From the NCBI GenBank assembly GCA_965221955.1, contig CBDCTA010000018.1:64001-128000 (forward strand): 64,000 bases of DNA, in the 5' to 3' direction. This document shows, one piece after another, positions 60,606 through 64,000 of the stretch (within the stretch, counting starts at the first letter, position 1; every line of letters begins with the position of its first letter). The notes below the pieces were generated by a model. It searched no databases and was not told the DNA's origin. It worked only from the letters and a program-made list of their open reading frames with translations. A program made the position numbers and the translations under genes. Source of the stretch: Gammaproteobacteria bacterium. Its GTDB lineage: Bacteria; Pseudomonadota; Gammaproteobacteria; UBA4575.

Positions 60606-61358
60606 ATGAATCCATCTGAATATCAACCGAAAAATAATTTTCTTACTACCCAACATGTCGTCATTACCGGTGCTACAGACGGTATTGGGAAAGCTTTAGC
60701 CTATTCATGTGCTGAATATGGCGCAGAGCTGTTGATACTTGGCAAAAATGAGGACAACCTAAAATCTCTAACAGAAGATTTAACAAACTTATCAAATAAT
60801 GATCATCAATATTATTCAATCGATTTTAGTATTGCCGGTGAAGGTGATTACATAAAATTTGCTGAATACTTAGCAGAGCAGAATAAAGCTATCGATTCAC
60901 TGGTTCTTAATGCTGGCTACATGGAGGCATTGCAAGGTATACGTAATTTTCAACTTGAGACATGGCTTAGAACAATCACAGTGAATCAACATGCACCCTT
61001 TATGTTATTAAAGTGCTGCATTCCATTACTCGAACTATCTGACGATCCAAGTATCGTTTTTTCAACACACGATTGTTCCAAAGCGTATTGGGGTGCTTAT
61101 GGTGCAGCCAAATCTGCTCAACTAGGTATGATGGAAATTTTGGCTCAAGAATTAGATAGCGACAAACCTATTAGGGTAAACGGAGTAGATCCTGCACCCG
61201 TACGAACCAAATTGAGGTTAACTAATTTTCCTGGGCTCAACCCAAAAGATTTTGCAGCACCGGAAGACGTGATCGCACCTTATCTATATTTTATTGGATC
61301 CGATAGCAAAGGCATTACTGGAACGAACTACAAGCTGAACCCAGACTTTACTGGCTAA
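60606..61358 (+). CDS. YciK-like short-chain dehydrogenase/reductase
   Basis: ITGATDGIG, LNAG, YWGAYGAAK; ATG 60606 preferred. Confidence 0.8.
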   Translation: MNPSEYQPKNNFLTTQHVVITGATDGIGKALAYSCAEYGAELLILGKNEDNLKSLTEDLTNLSNNDHQYYSIDFSIAGEGDYIKFAEYLAEQNKAIDSLVLNAGYMEALQGIRNFQLETWLRTITVNQHAPFMLLKCCIPLLELSDDPSIVFSTHDCSKAYWGAYGAAKSAQLGMMEILAQELDSDKPIRVNGVDPAPVRTKLRLTNFPGLNPKDFAAPEDVIAPYLYFIGSDSKGITGTNYKLNPDFTG

Positions 61359-62086
61359 GAGCTCGATACCAAATTCTGTAAGCTTTTAAATTGATTGGGT
61401 GTTAAATCAATATATTTTCCTAAACGCATATCTCGTGGCAACTCTATTGAGCCATAGCGTGTACGAATTAATCGACTTACTCTAAGATTTTGCGATTCCC
61501 AAATTCTACGCACTTCTCGGTTACGTCCCTCGTTTAATACCACACGACACCAAGTATTAGCCCCCCTACCTTCTTGTACCTCAAGAATTTTTAATTTCGC
61601 AATACCTTCTTCTAATCGCACACCGTTTTGAATGTTCGACATGATTTCATTGGTTACTTTACCTTGTACACGCACTCGGTATTCACGCTCAATTTGATTG
61701 CGTGGATGCATCAGCTCATTTGCCAATTTCCCATCTGTTGTAAATAAAAGCAAACCTGAAGTATTAACATCCAAGCGCCCCACAGACACCCAACGCCCTG
61801 ATTTCAAATACGGTAATTTCCCAAAAACGGTGGGCCGATTCTCTGGATCTGAACGAGAAACAATCTCACCAGTGGGTTTGTTATACAAAATGACACGACT
61901 ATGAATATTTGTTTTTAAATGGACTAACTCACCTCTAATTTCAATCTTTTCATCACCATTGATCGATTGACCCAAGGTGCACAACTCACCATTAACCTGG
62001 ATATCCCCTGCCTTAATCCAACGCTCTATTTCACGACGCGAAGCCACCCCTTGGTTTGCAAGATATTTTTGAATTCTTTCTGACAA
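61355..62086 (-). CDS. rluB: 23S rRNA pseudouridine synthase B-like (S4 + RsuA domain)
   Basis: ERIQKYLA...SRREIE S4 domain, GRLDVNTSGLLL catalytic Asp, EGRNREVRR; downstream of scpAB. Confidence 0.88.
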   Translation of the reverse strand: MSERIQKYLANQGVASRREIERWIKAGDIQVNGELCTLGQSINGDEKIEIRGELVHLKTNIHSRVILYNKPTGEIVSRSDPENRPTVFGKLPYLKSGRWVSVGRLDVNTSGLLLFTTDGKLANELMHPRNQIEREYRVRVQGKVTNEIMSNIQNGVRLEEGIAKLKILEVQEGRGANTWCRVVLNEGRNREVRRIWESQNLRVSRLIRTRYGSIELPRDMRLGKYIDLTPNQFKSLQNLVSSS

Positions 62087-62170
62087 TTTATTTAATATTT
62101 CAAAAATAGAAAAATGTCCACTTTGGGTCGTAAACGGTCATTATACTTAATTACTAATCATCCTTAATTT

Positions 62171-62394
62171 CCCATAATCTACTTGACGAGAAAGCAGATA
62201 AGACTGCTGACAAATGAACAGTGAAGTTCATTTGAGGCATGTTGAGCATGGATGCGAATCATACCGACAGCCAAGTCGTTCTGTGCGGCGAGTGCACCCC
62301 CGTTCAATAGATAAGGGGCAAGTAAATGGGGTGTCCTTTCTTTTGGTTCCCATTTCTTATTTTCTTAGGCTTTGGACAAGCAAAGAAAATGAAC
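62171..62394 (+). other. Structured non-coding element (multi-hairpin; candidate dispersed repeat/MITE-like or ncRNA)
   Basis: Several hairpins enclosed by a long-range stem, followed by a TTTCTTTTGGTT...CTTTGGACAAGCAAAGAAAA hairpin, in a 370-bp scpB-rluB gap. Confidence 0.5.
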
Positions 62395-62456
62395 AAGTAA
62401 TTTGATAAATATGATTCAGCGAACTGAACGTTCACTTCTTGCCGATAATAAAAAAT

Positions 62457-63107
62457 TTAGTGTCTAGTCTGATTCGGCTCTACTTCAACGATATCCCCAG
62501 AATCCGTGACTACACCTAATTGTGCTTGCGCATCATCTTCTACTGGCGCACCTAAATCAAGCTCTGGATGTTCTTGATCTAAGTCTGTTAAATCAGCAAG
62601 CGTGGGCAATTCGTTTAGTGTTTTTAAATTAAAATAATCTAAAAACTTTTTAGTACTTCCATACAATGCTGGGCGACCGGGTACTTCTTTATGCCCAATG
62701 ACTTTTATCCACTCTCTTTCCAAAAGAGTTTTTATAATACTACTGCTTACACTTACTCCACGAACTTCTTCAATTTCACCACGTGTAATCGGTTGACGAT
62801 ATACAATTAAAGACAGTGTTTCTAATAAAGCACGCGTATAACGCGGAGGTTTTTCTTGCCATAAACGCGCTACCCAAGGTTGCACATCTGTACGGGTTTG
62901 ATAACGGTAGCCACTGGCAATTCTTTTTAGTTCAACCCCACGCCCTTCGCATTCATCTTGTAATGCTTTTAAAATATTTTTAATTTGATCACGTGTGGGT
63001 TTGTCTTCATCATGTTCAAATAATTGCAACAAGCGATCAATATTCAATGTCGTATCGGCAGCCATTAGTGCGGCTTCTAAAATTTGTTTTAGCTGATCAT
63101 CTTTCAT
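62457..63107 (-). CDS. scpB: SMC-Scp complex subunit ScpB
   Basis: LEAALM, ALLETLSLIVYRQPITRGEIEEVRGV, PGRPALYGSTKKFLDYFNL. Confidence 0.96.
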   Translation of the reverse strand: MKDDQLKQILEAALMAADTTLNIDRLLQLFEHDEDKPTRDQIKNILKALQDECEGRGVELKRIASGYRYQTRTDVQPWVARLWQEKPPRYTRALLETLSLIVYRQPITRGEIEEVRGVSVSSSIIKTLLEREWIKVIGHKEVPGRPALYGSTKKFLDYFNLKTLNELPTLADLTDLDQEHPELDLGAPVEDDAQAQLGVVTDSGDIVEVEPNQTRH

Positions 63108-63116
63108 AATAATCTT

Positions 63117-63953
63117 TTAGAATATTTCATCCTCAACAGGGCCTTTGACAGCCGGTTTTACATAGATAGGTGCAAAAGGTTCTGACTGAACCAATTCAAT
63201 GATATGACCTTTAATTAATTCGAGAAGCGCTAGAAAAGTAACAATAACTCCACTACGCCCTTCTTCTGGGGTGAAAAAGCGATTAAATTCAACAAAGTCT
63301 TCAACGTTTAACATCGTCAACACTTTTGACATTCTTTCTCGCACTGATAAAGGTTCACGCTCGATGTGATGACTTGCAAACATTTGTGCACGCTGCATCA
63401 CTTCTTGAAATGCTGCGATCACATCTTTTAAATCTACTGTAGGCTGCGGACGTTCGTATTCATATTCAGATTGAATAACCGAAACTCCAAAAGTATCACG
63501 ATGCATACGTGGGATTTCATTAATTTCTTCTGCGACTTTTTTAAATCTCTCGTATTCTTGTAAACGACGAATGAGTTCCGCACGCGGATCTTCTTCTTCA
63601 TCTTCTTCGACCGGCCGTGGTAATAATAAGCGTGATTTGATTTCTGCCAACATTGCCGCCATCACCAAATACTCTGCTGCAAGCTCTAGACGCATCTCTT
63701 GCATCAGCTCGATGTAATTCATGTATTGCTGAGTAATCTGAAAAACCGGCAACGTCAAAATATCTAAATTTTGTCGTTTGATTAAATATAAAAGTAAATC
63801 GAGTGGCCCTTCGAAAGCATCAAGAAAAATTTCTAAGGCATCGGGAGGGATATACAGGTCTTCTGGTGGTACCGTCATGGGCTCACCTTTAACTACTGCA
63901 AAAGGTAACTCACCCTGAAGGTTATCCTGCGAATTGGATTCTGTATCAGCCAC
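63117..63953 (-). CDS. scpA: Segregation and condensation protein A (kleisin)
   Basis: FEGPLDLLLYLI, AAEYLVMAAMLAEIKSRLLLP, TFLALLEL; GTG 63953 with AGAGGAG RBS preferred over the upstream start at 63983. Confidence 0.96.
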   Translation of the reverse strand: MADTESNSQDNLQGELPFAVVKGEPMTVPPEDLYIPPDALEIFLDAFEGPLDLLLYLIKRQNLDILTLPVFQITQQYMNYIELMQEMRLELAAEYLVMAAMLAEIKSRLLLPRPVEEDEEEDPRAELIRRLQEYERFKKVAEEINEIPRMHRDTFGVSVIQSEYEYERPQPTVDLKDVIAAFQEVMQRAQMFASHHIEREPLSVRERMSKVLTMLNVEDFVEFNRFFTPEEGRSGVIVTFLALLELIKGHIIELVQSEPFAPIYVKPAVKGPVEDEIF

Positions 63954-64000
63954 GTATTCTCCTCTACGGCTATGATAACCCAATTGCCTCTCTTACGTCT

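Noticed and set aside
62214-62405. 63-aa plus-strand ORF between rluB and scpB
   Set aside because: No recognisable motif or clear RBS; it coincides with the hairpin-rich element, which explains the sequence better.
1-64000. tRNA, rRNA, CRISPR arrays, transposases, integrases, prophage or defence genes
   Set aside because: None recognised: no regularly spaced repeats, and all long ORFs are accounted for by EPS or housekeeping functions. Small RNAs could be missed by eye.

Overview
AT-rich gammaproteobacterial chromosome segment with two parts. Bases 1-50,900 are a very large exopolysaccharide (EPS) locus of the exosortase A (XrtA/PEP-CTERM) type, truncated at the left edge. Its minus-strand core (about 28.2-48.3 kb) holds the priming sugar transferase, xrtA, a PrsT-like TPR lipoprotein, a short Wza, a chain-length protein, a BY-kinase homologue, an outer-membrane beta-barrel, Wzy and several glycosyltransferases (GTs). 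Two UDP-uronate genes are transcribed divergently from this core. A mosaic tailoring region (1-28 kb) switches strand often and encodes Wzx, GTs, deacetylases, methyltransferases, a stand-alone adenylation domain with carrier protein, formyltransferase and LbH acyltransferase, a GlpD-like oxidoreductase, a PLP decarboxylase, a PP-loop/Cys-cluster protein and two secreted proteins. Bases 51,300-64,000 are housekeeping genes (serC, gyrA, mtnA, mtaD, ubiG, HAD phosphatase, rmuC, YciK-like SDR, rluB, scpB, scpA). The best candidate for an undescribed system is an NRPS-like, carrier-dependent (N-formyl)aminoacyl decoration module for the EPS at 757-5564. Other leads are a secreted lyase-like protein paired with an FG-GAP propeller, a degenerate BY-kinase, a small GPERR/DRR membrane protein and a structured non-coding element between scpB and rluB. 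All calls come from motif recognition by eye; no database searches were run.
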